A DNA stretch of 64,000 nt, taken from contig CACAXR010000003.1 of NCBI GenBank assembly GCA_902536555.1, positions 7,365 through 71,364 on the forward strand, in the 5' to 3' direction. This DNA is from an uncultured Prochlorococcus sp. (GTDB taxonomy: Bacteria > Cyanobacteriota > Cyanobacteriia > PCC-6307 > Cyanobiaceae). How positions within the stretch are numbered: position 1 is the stretch's first letter; the number at the start of each line of letters is the position of its first letter. The position numbers and the translations under genes were made by a program. This document shows positions 1 to 9,301 of the stretch, one piece after another. The notes under the pieces are model-generated. The model made no database searches. It worked only from the letters and a program-made list of their open reading frames with translations, and had not been told where the DNA came from.

Positions 1-92
1 TTTACTCTGACCCTTTTTTTAGGAGACAACATTAATGATCACATTATCTATATAAAAATAATCAAATTAAGCCAAAAAGAGGGTATTTAAGA

Positions 93-815
93 TTAGCTAA
101 ATGTTTTTGATGAGTTCTTTAGTAATTCATTTAATTCTAGGAGTTCTTTTTTAGTAAATTTGCGATATTTTCCTGTTGGCACATCTAACTTAATGTTCAT
201 AATTCTTACACGCTTTAATGATTGAACTCTATAACCTAGGGCCTCACACATTCTCCTAATCTGACGGTTAAGTCCTTGAGTTAGTACTATTCTAAATTTT
301 TTTGGACCCAATTGTTTTACTAAACAATTCTTAGTTTTGGTTTCTAATATTTCTACTCCATTACTCATTGTTTGGATAAAGTCTTTATTTATTGGTCGAT
401 TAACGCTTACAATGTATTCTTTTTCATGATTATTTCTTGCTCTAAGTATTTTATTTACAATATCTCCATCATTAGTTAAAAAAATCAATCCCTCACTGAG
501 CTTATCCAAACGTCCAACTGGAAAGATTCTTTTGGGATATTTGATGAAATCAATAATATTATAAGGTTCTAATCTTCTATTAGTTGTACAGACAATTCCT
601 ACAGGTTTATTAAAAGCTAAATATATATTTTTTTGCTTTGTAGATTTTTCTATTCTTTGACCTTCAACTTCTACTTGATCACAATCATCTACTTTGCTAC
701 CCATCTCGGGAATTTTACCGTTAATGGTAACTTTTCCTTCTTCAATTAGTCTATCTGCTCTTCTTCTGGAACAGTATCCCACCTCACTTAAAAATTTATT
801 TATTCTCGTGGACAT
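93..815 (-). CDS. rluF: rRNA pseudouridine synthase, RsuA/RluF family
   Basis: N-terminal S4 domain (RINKFLSEVGYCSRRRAD), catalytic GRLDKLSEGL motif, GLNRQIRRM. Confidence 0.8.
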   Translation of the reverse strand: MSTRINKFLSEVGYCSRRRADRLIEEGKVTINGKIPEMGSKVDDCDQVEVEGQRIEKSTKQKNIYLAFNKPVGIVCTTNRRLEPYNIIDFIKYPKRIFPVGRLDKLSEGLIFLTNDGDIVNKILRARNNHEKEYIVSVNRPINKDFIQTMSNGVEILETKTKNCLVKQLGPKKFRIVLTQGLNRQIRRMCEALGYRVQSLKRVRIMNIKLDVPTGKYRKFTKKELLELNELLKNSSKTFS

Positions 816-1115
816 TTTTTCTAAGTTACCTTTTATTTATTTTAAGTATTCGTACAAGATGAAGACTGATAGTAGACAAATTCGTCAAAAATTTAAACTC
901 TAATCTCTATTTAACTCCTTAGGTCATAAGACTATTACTTTAATAAAAACAACAATATTTTTGATATAACTTCTTATGACTAAAAGAGGATTTAATAAGA
1001 AGGCTCAGGTTTTTGACAATTCAAAACTCACAATCATTTAAACATGAGCTAAGAACTGAGCAAGGAAATAAATAATACTGATAAAGCAGATCAAAATATT
1101 GCAATCAATTTTAAC

Positions 1116-1161
1116 TTATAAAAATATATTATAAATAATCATTTATAATATATTTTTATAA
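1116..1161. repeat. Perfect 21-bp A/T-only inverted repeat with 4-nt spacer
   Basis: TTATAAAAATATATTATAAAT-aatc-ATTTATAATATATTTTTATAA, paired base by base; ends 11 nt before the ATG at 1173. Confidence 0.9.
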
Positions 1162-1172
1162 CAAAAGATAAG

Positions 1173-2105
1173 ATGTTTACAGAGAAATTTAAAAAAATAG
1201 GAGTAGAAAGGATAGTTTCAGAAATAAATAAAAATGGTTATTTCAGCTGTGAAGGAGCACTCAACCAAAAATTTATAGAAGGGATCAAATCAGATGTAGA
1301 AAAAAATAGATTATCAATTAACAACAATAAGCCTGGTGGGTCATTACTACGTAATCAATACTTTAATACCTTCATGTTAACTTTCTCTAAAAATTTCTAT
1401 GATTTTTGTACCCAAAGAATATTTTTAAAAGTTAGTGAAAATTTTATGGGTTCGGAAAAATTTCGATTAACTGCTCTTCGTTATTATGAAACTTCAGGAA
1501 ACAATAAAATGGAATGGCACACTGATACAAAAACTCCTGAGGGTTTTCTAAATACCAAAGGACTTGTATTTATTTGTTATATTTCAGATGTTTTCGACGG
1601 GGAATTTCAATATGTTAGTCAATCTCATAAAACTTCTCACGAAACAAAAACAAATGTTTTTCCAGAGGATCAAGTTGAAGAACTTTTTGGAAAAAATAAT
1701 ATAGTTAGTTTTAAGGGCAAAAGTGGCTCTCTAATTATATTTAGCATGGCTGGAATTCATAGAGCCAAAACTTCATTAAATAAAAAATTTCTTAGAAAAA
1801 GTATACTTTTTTCTATTGATAACAATGATGATTCTGAACCTATTTATGTAAAAACAAGCTTTTTGTCTGGTTTAGATTCTAAATTATCTTATTACTTAGG
1901 CATTGGAAGAAAATCTGAATTTACTGAATTTCCAAAATCCTCGATTGAGGTCTTACCTGTAAGAGTTTTTGTAAATACAATTTTAAAACCATGGTTAAGA
2001 GCAAATGTTATCTACCTAATGAAACTAGGTTTTATAAGGAATTTAATTCCATCAAAATTAAAGTCAAAATTAAAGTCAAAATTAAAGAAGATTATAAATA
2101 AATAA
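1173..2105 (+). CDS. PhyH-like 2-oxoglutarate/Fe(II)-dependent dioxygenase
   Basis: HxD motif (WHTD) plus distal His (GIHRA); N-terminal 'NKNGYF' helix typical of the PhyH family. Confidence 0.65.
   Translation: MFTEKFKKIGVERIVSEINKNGYFSCEGALNQKFIEGIKSDVEKNRLSINNNKPGGSLLRNQYFNTFMLTFSKNFYDFCTQRIFLKVSENFMGSEKFRLTALRYYETSGNNKMEWHTDTKTPEGFLNTKGLVFICYISDVFDGEFQYVSQSHKTSHETKTNVFPEDQVEELFGKNNIVSFKGKSGSLIIFSMAGIHRAKTSLNKKFLRKSILFSIDNNDDSEPIYVKTSFLSGLDSKLSYYLGIGRKSEFTEFPKSSIEVLPVRVFVNTILKPWLRANVIYLMKLGFIRNLIPSKLKSKLKSKLKKIINK
2052..2087 (+). repeat. 12-bp tandem repeat x3 (TCAAAATTAAAG) encoding SKLK x3
   Basis: Three exact copies near the 3' end of the dioxygenase ORF. Confidence 0.9.
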
Positions 2106-3195
2106 ATTCCTTAATTTTTTCACAAATATATTTAATTTTAATTTCATTTAGCTCTGGGTAACTAGGCAAGCTAATTCCATATTTAGAAATCTTATCTGCA
2201 TTTGGATAATCCCCTTCCAATTTAGGATTATGATACATTGGCATTTTGTGAATAGGATAAAAAATTGGTCTAGTTTCAATTCCTTTATCAAACAAAAATT
2301 TTCTAAGTTTTTCACAATTAATCTCTCTCTTAAATTGGATGCTTATTATCCAGAATGAGGAAGATTCATTAAGTTCCTTTTGCTCATTTTGGAAAAATAC
2401 ATGATCAGATGAAAGATATTTCTTATAGAGTTCGTAAACAATTTTTTTTTGGGATAGGATTTCATTTATATTTTCCATTTGTGCTAAACCTATAGCAGCA
2501 CAAATATTTGTCATCCTGTAATTAAAACCAATAATATCGTGCCAATAAACTTTGTTTTCATTAACCCCTTGATTTTTTAATTTATAAATTTTTTTTGCTA
2601 AATCATTATTATTAGTTCCAACTATTCCTCCTTCTCCAGTTGTAATAGTTTTATTACCATAAAAACTAAAAGTTGAGATATCTCCCGCATTACCAACATG
2701 ACGTTTATGGATTGTCGTTCCAAGCGCTTCAGCACAGTCTTCAATTAAATATAAATTATTTTTTACTGCTATTTCCTTTAATTTAAGGGTATTGCATAAA
2801 AAACCATATAAATGGACCGCAATAATTGCTTTAGTTTTTGAAGATATTTTTTGATTTATATGAGACAATGAGAGCTGCCAATTATTGGGATCACAATCTA
2901 CAAATATTGGGGTTGCCCCTACATATCTGACACAATTTACTGATGCAATATAAGTAAGGGTAGGAACTATCACTTCATCTCCTTTACCTATTCCAAGAGC
3001 TAACAAAGCAAGATGTAAAGCAACAGTGCCATTACTTACGGTTAAACAATTGGATATATCAGTAAATTTAGAGAAGCTTTGTTCAAACTTATTTATAAAA
3101 CTTCCTTTAGACGAAATCCATGAAGAATTGAGCGCTTCGTTTACATATTTTGATTCGTTCCCTGCTAACCAAGGTTTATAAATTGGGATCTTCAT
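2092..3195 (-). CDS. DegT/DnrJ/EryC1/StrS PLP-dependent NDP-sugar aminotransferase (GDP-perosamine synthase-like)
   Basis: SNGTVALHLAL, IEDCAEA, FSFYGNKTITTGEGG (PLP lysine), GFNYRMTN; ATG at 3195 preferred over TTG at 3207. Confidence 0.9.
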   Translation of the reverse strand: MKIPIYKPWLAGNESKYVNEALNSSWISSKGSFINKFEQSFSKFTDISNCLTVSNGTVALHLALLALGIGKGDEVIVPTLTYIASVNCVRYVGATPIFVDCDPNNWQLSLSHINQKISSKTKAIIAVHLYGFLCNTLKLKEIAVKNNLYLIEDCAEALGTTIHKRHVGNAGDISTFSFYGNKTITTGEGGIVGTNNNDLAKKIYKLKNQGVNENKVYWHDIIGFNYRMTNICAAIGLAQMENINEILSQKKIVYELYKKYLSSDHVFFQNEQKELNESSSFWIISIQFKREINCEKLRKFLFDKGIETRPIFYPIHKMPMYHNPKLEGDYPNADKISKYGISLPSYPELNEIKIKYICEKIKEFIYL

Positions 3196-3543
3196 AAATT
3201 TATGCAATACAAATCAAACTAGTAAAAAATAAAAATTTTAAGTATTTTCTTGAAATTTTATTTTAATATAAATGATAGATGTTTACTATTGAGATATTAA
3301 AAAGGCCTTAAATTTGATCTGAATTTTTCAAATCTTCTCATCTTAACAACTATTTTCTATATGAGTTTATACTTCCTGTAATAAATTGGTTACTGTTAAT
3401 ATAAATTCGGATAACTTTTGAATTATTTTTGTTCTTTTTTTCCTAATAAACCTCTAATAAATACTTTATTAATATTTTATTTTATAGATTTATTTTATTT
3501 TCATTTAAAATAAAGTCGTAGTTATAAAATTGGATTTAAATTT

Positions 3544-4161
3544 TTGGAACTTGAGTTATTTAAACAAAAATTTCAATCCTACAGCGGATTAGTTTTAGTA
3601 ATTTTTATTGCAGTGCACCTCTTAGGGATAGTTTTTGCAGGAATAAATCCTGATGGTTTTGAAATTTATGCTTCATCTTTACATTCAAGTATATTTTTAC
3701 CTTATTTGGAAATAGCTCTTACTATAACTTTCGTAATTCATATTTATCTAACCTTAAACAAGGCTTATAAGAATAGATTAACTGGTAATAAAGCTATATT
3801 AAGGACCAGAAGAAATGATTATCTTGGAGTACTAGCATCAAAATTTCAACCATTGACAGGATTAATTTTAGCTTCCTTTTTAATAATTCATTTATTTCAA
3901 TTAAGATTTCCCCGACCTGGCGAAAACTTGGAATTAACTTCTTTAAAAAACAACTTAAATGATACTCATATTTTAATCCTTTATTCTTTAGCATCAATAT
4001 CACTTTTTTTTCACATGGTACAAGGTATTGAATCAGGTCATAGAAGTTTAGGCTTTTTAAGTAACAATAACTCTTTAAAATTAAGATTTATAGGTAGATT
4101 TATTTCTATTTTTTTTGGACTTTGTTATTTAATAATGACTTTTTATTTGAGATTTAATTAA
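3544..4161 (+). CDS. sdhC: Succinate dehydrogenase/fumarate reductase cytochrome b558-type anchor subunit
   Basis: About 5 TM helices with four spaced His (AVHL, VIHI, IIHL, FFHM); first gene of the operon with sdhA and sdhB. Confidence 0.85.
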   Translation: MELELFKQKFQSYSGLVLVIFIAVHLLGIVFAGINPDGFEIYASSLHSSIFLPYLEIALTITFVIHIYLTLNKAYKNRLTGNKAILRTRRNDYLGVLASKFQPLTGLILASFLIIHLFQLRFPRPGENLELTSLKNNLNDTHILILYSLASISLFFHMVQGIESGHRSLGFLSNNNSLKLRFIGRFISIFFGLCYLIMTFYLRFN

Positions 4162-4165
4162 TATA

Positions 4166-6091
4166 ATGAGCAACTTTATCAATCCAAATTTACCCTGTGG
4201 AGAATTAGAAGGAGCTTGGCAAAAAACAGTCAAAGAACTAACAAAACTTGCTAGCGAGAAGAAGAATAAATTTGAAATAATTATTGTAGGGTGTGGTTTG
4301 TCAGGAAGTTCTGCGGCGGCTACTCTCGCTGAAGAAGGATTTAAAATTAAGCTTTTAACTTACCATGATAGTCCAAGAAGAGCTCACTCAGTATCAGCTC
4401 AAGGGGGTATTAACGCTGCTAGATCATTGTCAGAAGAAGAGAGCAAAGTTGCTATAGATCAATTATTTAAAGATACTGTGATTGGAGGTGATTTTAGAGC
4501 TAGAGAAGCAAGTTGCCAACGTCTTTCTGAATTAAGTAGTTCGATAATAGATCAGTGTGTTGCACAAGGCGTGCCTTTTGCTCGAGAGTATGATGGAACG
4601 CTTGCTACTCGAAGATTTGGGGGTGCAGTAGTCAGCAGAACTTTTTACGCACGTGGCCAAACAGGGCAACAACTACTCTTTGGAGCTTACCAAGCATTAA
4701 TGCGACAGATTAATCTTGGTAAAATTGAAATATTTACAAAAAGAGATTTACTTGATTTAGTCGTTGTTAATAATGTTGCAAGAGGAGTAATTGCAAGGAA
4801 TTTAATTAATGGAAATTTAGAAACTTACAAAGCACACTGTGTTGTGTTGGCAACAGGAGGTTATAGCAATGTCTATTATTTATCAACAAATTCACTAAAG
4901 TCAAATGCTAGTGCAATTTGGAGGGCACACAAAAGGGGAGCAAATTTTGCAAATCCATCTTTTACTCAAATACATCCAACTTGTATACCTCCCGGAGACA
5001 GTTATCAAAGCAAATTAACATTAATGAGTGAAAGTTTAAGGAATGATGGGAGAATTTGGTTGCCAAAAAAAATTAATGTAAAAGATGATCCTGAAAATAT
5101 TCCAGAATATGAAAGAGACTATTTTCTAGAAAGACAATATCCTAAGTATGGCAATTTAGTGCCCAGAGATGTAGCCTCTAGAAGAGCGAAAGAAATCTGT
5201 GAACAAGGTTTTGGCATTGGATTTGGTGGTAAAGGAGTATATCTTGACCTGCAAGACTCCATAAAAAGAGATGGATTACATGTAATTAAGGCTAAATATG
5301 GGAATTTACTAGAAATGTATGAACGAATTGTTGGTGAAGATCCCACAAAAGTACCAATGAAGATTTATCCAGCCCCTCATTATACAATGGGAGGCTTATG
5401 GGTTGATTACAATTTAATGAGCAATATTGGTGGTCTTTTCGTTTTAGGAGAGGCAAATTATTCCGTTCATGGAGCTAATCGACTTGGTGCTAATGCTTTA
5501 TTACAATGCTTGTGTGATGGTTACTTCATATCCCCCACAACTATCACCTCCTGGTTAGCCAACAATAAGGAAATTGATAATAAAGAAGTTGATCAAGCTT
5601 GCAAAGAAGCTTTAAGCTCTGTTGAAGAAAAGATAAAAGTTCTCCTTAGAATAAAAGGTGATAAACCTGTTGACTATTTCCACAGAAGGTTAGGAGAAAT
5701 TATGATTTCTAAATGTGGTATTAGTAGAAATAGAAATGATCTTATATTGGCGTTTAATGAAGTAGAACTATTAAGCAAAGATTTTAAATCCAATTTAAAA
5801 GTACCTGATACTAATTCTGGTATAAATGTTGAGCTTGAAAAGGCTTTAAGGCTAGAGGACTTTATTGAACTTTCAAAATTAATGATTAATGATGCTATTG
5901 AAAGAGAGGAATCATGTGGTGCTCATTTCAGGGAAGAATATCAAACAAAAGAAGGAGAAGCTAAGAGGAACGATGACCTTTTCTCTCACATAGCAGTTTG
6001 GGAATTTAATTATAACAATAATTCTCATACAAGATATTCTGAAGAGCTAACCTTTAAGAAGGTCAAATTAAATACAAGAAACTATAAATGA
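4166..6091 (+). CDS. sdhA: Succinate dehydrogenase/fumarate reductase flavoprotein subunit
   Basis: GCGLSG FAD site, RAHSVSAQGG (covalent-FAD His), QIHPT, ESLRNDG, HYTMGG, HGANRLG, REESCGAHFRE. Confidence 0.95.
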   Translation: MSNFINPNLPCGELEGAWQKTVKELTKLASEKKNKFEIIIVGCGLSGSSAAATLAEEGFKIKLLTYHDSPRRAHSVSAQGGINAARSLSEEESKVAIDQLFKDTVIGGDFRAREASCQRLSELSSSIIDQCVAQGVPFAREYDGTLATRRFGGAVVSRTFYARGQTGQQLLFGAYQALMRQINLGKIEIFTKRDLLDLVVVNNVARGVIARNLINGNLETYKAHCVVLATGGYSNVYYLSTNSLKSNASAIWRAHKRGANFANPSFTQIHPTCIPPGDSYQSKLTLMSESLRNDGRIWLPKKINVKDDPENIPEYERDYFLERQYPKYGNLVPRDVASRRAKEICEQGFGIGFGGKGVYLDLQDSIKRDGLHVIKAKYGNLLEMYERIVGEDPTKVPMKIYPAPHYTMGGLWVDYNLMSNIGGLFVLGEANYSVHGANRLGANALLQCLCDGYFISPTTITSWLANNKEIDNKEVDQACKEALSSVEEKIKVLLRIKGDKPVDYFHRRLGEIMISKCGISRNRNDLILAFNEVELLSKDFKSNLKVPDTNSGINVELEKALRLEDFIELSKLMINDAIEREESCGAHFREEYQTKEGEAKRNDDLFSHIAVWEFNYNNNSHTRYSEELTFKKVKLNTRNYK

Positions 6092-6819
6092 GAGATTTTA
6101 TTTCAATAAATTTTAAAATTTGGAGGCAATTTAACGATGAATCTAAAGGTATATATAAAGAATTTAGATTAGAAAAAGTATCTGTAGAGGTATCATTACT
6201 TGAAGCCTTGGATCAATTAAACGAACAATTAATAACTAAAAATATAAGGCCCATTACCTTTGATCACGATTGTAGAGAAGGGATATGTGGAAGTTGTGGT
6301 TTTTTAATTAATGGTCAACCTCATGGGCCCAATAAAGGAACAACTACTTGTCAGCTTTATATGAGAAACTTTAAAGACAACGCACTTATAGTCCTTGAAC
6401 CATGGAGGGCAGAATCATTCCCAATTATCCAGGACTTGTTAGTTAATAGAAATACGTTGGATAAATTAATTATTGCCGGTGGGTATTTTCCTATTGAAAC
6501 TGGTAATGCACCCGATGCTAATTTAATTCCAATAAGTTCTGAAAAAGCTTTTTCCTCTTTTGAAACTGCTACCTGTATAGGATGTGGGGCATGTGTGGCA
6601 GGTTGTAAAAATGCATCATCAAGTCTCTTCGTAGCAGCAAAATTAGCTCATTTAGGACAGCTCCCTCAAGGAATCAATGAAAAAAAAGAACGGTCAATAA
6701 AAATGCGTAAACAGATGCTTATTGAAGGTTTCGGGCAATGCAGTAATAATCTTGAATGCGAAGCTGTATGCCCAAAAGAGATATCAGCAGATTGGATTAG
6801 CTGGATGAATAAAATTTGA
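6088..6819 (+). CDS. sdhB: Succinate dehydrogenase/fumarate reductase Fe-S subunit
   Basis: CREGICGSC (2Fe-2S), CIGCGACVAGC, CSNNLECEAVCP; the called start overlaps or abuts the sdhA stop. Confidence 0.95.
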   Translation: MRDFISINFKIWRQFNDESKGIYKEFRLEKVSVEVSLLEALDQLNEQLITKNIRPITFDHDCREGICGSCGFLINGQPHGPNKGTTTCQLYMRNFKDNALIVLEPWRAESFPIIQDLLVNRNTLDKLIIAGGYFPIETGNAPDANLIPISSEKAFSSFETATCIGCGACVAGCKNASSSLFVAAKLAHLGQLPQGINEKKERSIKMRKQMLIEGFGQCSNNLECEAVCPKEISADWISWMNKI

Positions 6820-6904
6820 GTGAAATTTTTGAAATAATTTAAATTTAAAAATCTTTTTTAGATTGTAGAAAATTACCTATGGGGAACTGGTATCATTAAG
6901 CTTT

Positions 6905-7546
6905 TCATTTAAATAAACTCATTTGATTAGTTTCTTTTTTCTTAACATCCTCTAGTAGCCAACCATCAGATGACCAACCCTTCATAATTGGAATTAAACC
7001 TTTTAATTCATCAACATCCTTGACTTTCTCTGTCCATTGTTCCTCATATCCATTAGGAACTATCACAGGCATGCGGTGATGTAAAGGTTTAATTAAATCA
7101 TTTGGATCAGTAGTTAAAACGCAGCAACTCTCAAGTTCTGCTCCATCTTGTGAGGTCCACTTACTCCAAATTCCTCCCAACCAAAAAGTCGCATAATTCG
7201 CTTTTCGAACACGATATTTTTTTTCAAAAAACCCGCTCGCAGGTATTAGGCACCTTTTATGTTTCCAACTTCCACTAAATAATTTTTTTTCTTCTAGGGT
7301 TTCTGATCTTGCATTAAATGGTCTTGGTCTCTCTTTATCAAATGGGTCTCTAGCCCAAGGAGAAATAAAGCCCCATGTCATAAAAGTAGTTTTAATACTT
7401 CCTTCGTTTTTAATTACAAGAACAGGATCATAAGGTCTTATTAGATTTTGAGTTTCATATTTAGAATCAAGTCCACTTGGATAGTCTTGTTTCAAAACCT
7501 CTGGTAACTTTTCAAATTTAGTTTTTAGCTCAAATCTTCCGCACAT
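6905..7546 (-). CDS. SOS response-associated peptidase (SRAP/YedK/HMCES) abasic-site protein
   Basis: N-terminal MCGRF, FNARSET, RCLIPASGFFE, HHRMPV. Confidence 0.9.
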   Translation of the reverse strand: MCGRFELKTKFEKLPEVLKQDYPSGLDSKYETQNLIRPYDPVLVIKNEGSIKTTFMTWGFISPWARDPFDKERPRPFNARSETLEEKKLFSGSWKHKRCLIPASGFFEKKYRVRKANYATFWLGGIWSKWTSQDGAELESCCVLTTDPNDLIKPLHHRMPVIVPNGYEEQWTEKVKDVDELKGLIPIMKGWSSDGWLLEDVKKKETNQMSLFK

Positions 7547-7733
7547 TGATTTTTAGAATATTTTAAAACTCACTAAATAAAAACAGCAAATTTAACTTAT
7601 TTTAAATCTAATTTCATTTTTCTCAAATAAAAAACCTTTTTGATCGTAGAAAGTTTTTATTTAAATAATTAAAAGAAAATATAGATATTGAAAAGCTTCC
7701 TCAAATTTAATTTGAATGATTCAAAATTAAACT

Positions 7734-7874
7734 ATGACAGATCCTATTCTATATTTATCAATGTTATTGGGACTTGGAGGAGTTTATGTATTAATCTCTT
7801 CCTTCCATGATGATGATGGAGATGATGATGGAGAAAATTTATTCATAATTTCAAACACTAATTTAGCGAGATAA
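7734..7874 (+). CDS. 46-aa single-TM microprotein with acidic DDDGDDDG tail
   Basis: Read manually: MTDPILYLSMLLGLGGVYVLISSFHDDDGDDDGENLFIISNTNLAR*. Confidence 0.6.
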   Translation: MTDPILYLSMLLGLGGVYVLISSFHDDDGDDDGENLFIISNTNLAR

Positions 7875-8123
7875 TTGATGTGTTTAGAAAGGTTTGATTC
7901 TTAAAAAAATCTGCTCGTACAAATAAGTTACTAATGAAAAATTTTTATAAGAATAACGTAAATATACTCCCTCTTTTAAATAATTCACAAGATCATTATA
8001 TTCATTTTTAAATTTAGTTGTTGGTCCTCTATCCGTATATGTTTGTGCCTTAAACCGAACATATTTATTAGACGGTTGATGCGCATGCCTAGTTAGAACT
8101 TAATGGTATCAGAAATAAATTAA

Positions 8124-8309
8124 ATGCTTTCAACACCGATCAAATCTTGTAAAAAATATGTGTTGAGTTACAAAGATTCTTCAAATAAGACACATGAAGT
8201 TGGTTTCTACGCACGCGATGCATACGAATGCCTAATGTTGGCGAAAGAATTCAACGCTTACGTACATGACAATCCAGCATCTGTAATCAGAATTCAACAA
8301 AAATTTTAA
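8124..8309 (+). CDS. Small hypothetical protein (61 aa)
   Basis: ATG ORF with gene-like composition, followed 11 nt later by a second ORF. Confidence 0.7.
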   Translation: MLSTPIKSCKKYVLSYKDSSNKTHEVGFYARDAYECLMLAKEFNAYVHDNPASVIRIQQKF

Positions 8310-8320
8310 GGAAATTAATT

Positions 8321-8485
8321 ATGAATTTTAAAAAATCACCATTCGCAATTCAAGATAAAAATGCAAGAGACCTTGATAATACAAAAGATTATCCAACAAT
8401 TGCAGACTTAATGAAAGAACAGAAAGTTCCACAAGATAGCAGAAATACAGTTCACCATCGTAGAGATTTAGACTCTCTCGGTTAG
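8321..8485 (+). CDS. 54-aa hypothetical microprotein
   Basis: Read manually: MNFKKSPFAIQDKNARDLDNTKDYPTIADLMKEQKVPQDSRNTVHHRRDLDSLG*; AAGGA SD-like element upstream. Confidence 0.6.
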   Translation: MNFKKSPFAIQDKNARDLDNTKDYPTIADLMKEQKVPQDSRNTVHHRRDLDSLG

Positions 8486-8770
8486 CTTACGAGAATAACT
8501 ACTTGTTTATTGCTTTAAATAAATGCTCATGATAAATGCTATTTGCGTTTCATTCATAAGATAATGATTTTCTCAAGTTTTTTTAGGTATAGGCATATAT
8601 GCAATATCTTTTTCTATTGCATTAATGGCATCTCAATATTTTTCAGATTCAGCTAAAAACATTTTTTCAATTATATTAACTTTCAATTTCTTCAGAAGAA
8701 ATTTTTTCTATAAAAATATGTACTATCCTTTTATGTTAAATCAATAGTAAAAATTATGAAAGATTAACTA

Positions 8771-9091
8771 TTAGTTAGAGGCTGCTGAAATTTCTTTATG
8801 GACGGAAAGAAATTCTTTATCCGTTAGAACTGGTGTAACTTCAATTTCTACGCCAAAATTATCGACCCAGATACTACTCCATTTCCAAATGTTCTGGTGG
8901 TTTGAAGATTCAACTATTGCCCAACCATTAGCTCCCTCAGGATTTACTACTCGATTAAGAACTTTAAACCCATCAAATTCATCACCTTCGCATCCTCCTT
9001 CAACAAAACCCGCAAAAGCTTCGGCACCTTGCATATGACTTTCTTGATCTGGAAATTGCCAGTGAACGATGTAAGTTTGCATGAATAACAT
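8771..9091 (-). CDS. DUF3303 family protein
   Basis: YIVHWQFPD...GFKVLNRVVNPEGANGWAIVES...IEVTPVLTD pattern. Confidence 0.75.
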   Translation of the reverse strand: MLFMQTYIVHWQFPDQESHMQGAEAFAGFVEGGCEGDEFDGFKVLNRVVNPEGANGWAIVESSNHQNIWKWSSIWVDNFGVEIEVTPVLTDKEFLSVHKEISAASN

Positions 9092-9184
9092 TATTTTTTT
9101 AATTATTAATTATCGAATTTAAAAATTAAATAAAAAGTCTTTAAACACTAATTAAAAGGGCTTAAGCCAAAAAGGAAAAATAGC

Positions 9185-9234
9185 AAAAAAAAAGACTCTT
9201 ACGAGCCTAGGTGATGGGGACTCCTATAATGACA
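9185..9234 (-). ncRNA. Putative ~45-50 nt sRNA carrying UCCCCAUCACC, ending in an intrinsic terminator
   Basis: Minus strand AUAGGAGUCCCCAUCACCU-AGGCUC-GUAA-GAGUCU-U8 (GNRA-capped stem plus U-run); extended -10-like TGT-TACTGT at 9249-9241; 5' end inferred. Confidence 0.55.
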
Positions 9235-9286
9235 AATTAAACAGTAACAAACAACCCCACCAATAGGTAATATTAAATACTTACAA

Positions 9287-9301
9287 ACACTATATGTAGT
9301 G
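9287..9301. promoter_or_regulatory. Palindromic operator, NrdR-box-like
   Basis: ACACTATATGTAGTG (CACTA-N4-TAGTG), close to the NrdR consensus acaCwAtATaTwGtgt; abuts extended -10 TGC-TAAGAT (9300-9308). Confidence 0.4.

Noticed and set aside
923-980. 9-bp inverted repeat GTCATAAGA/TCTTATGAC as MITE or IS ends
   Set aside because: Short, single occurrence, no target-site duplication or transposase
8564-8747. Possible frameshifted small membrane gene
   Set aside because: No recognisable family; hydrophobic-looking frames arise easily in T-rich DNA
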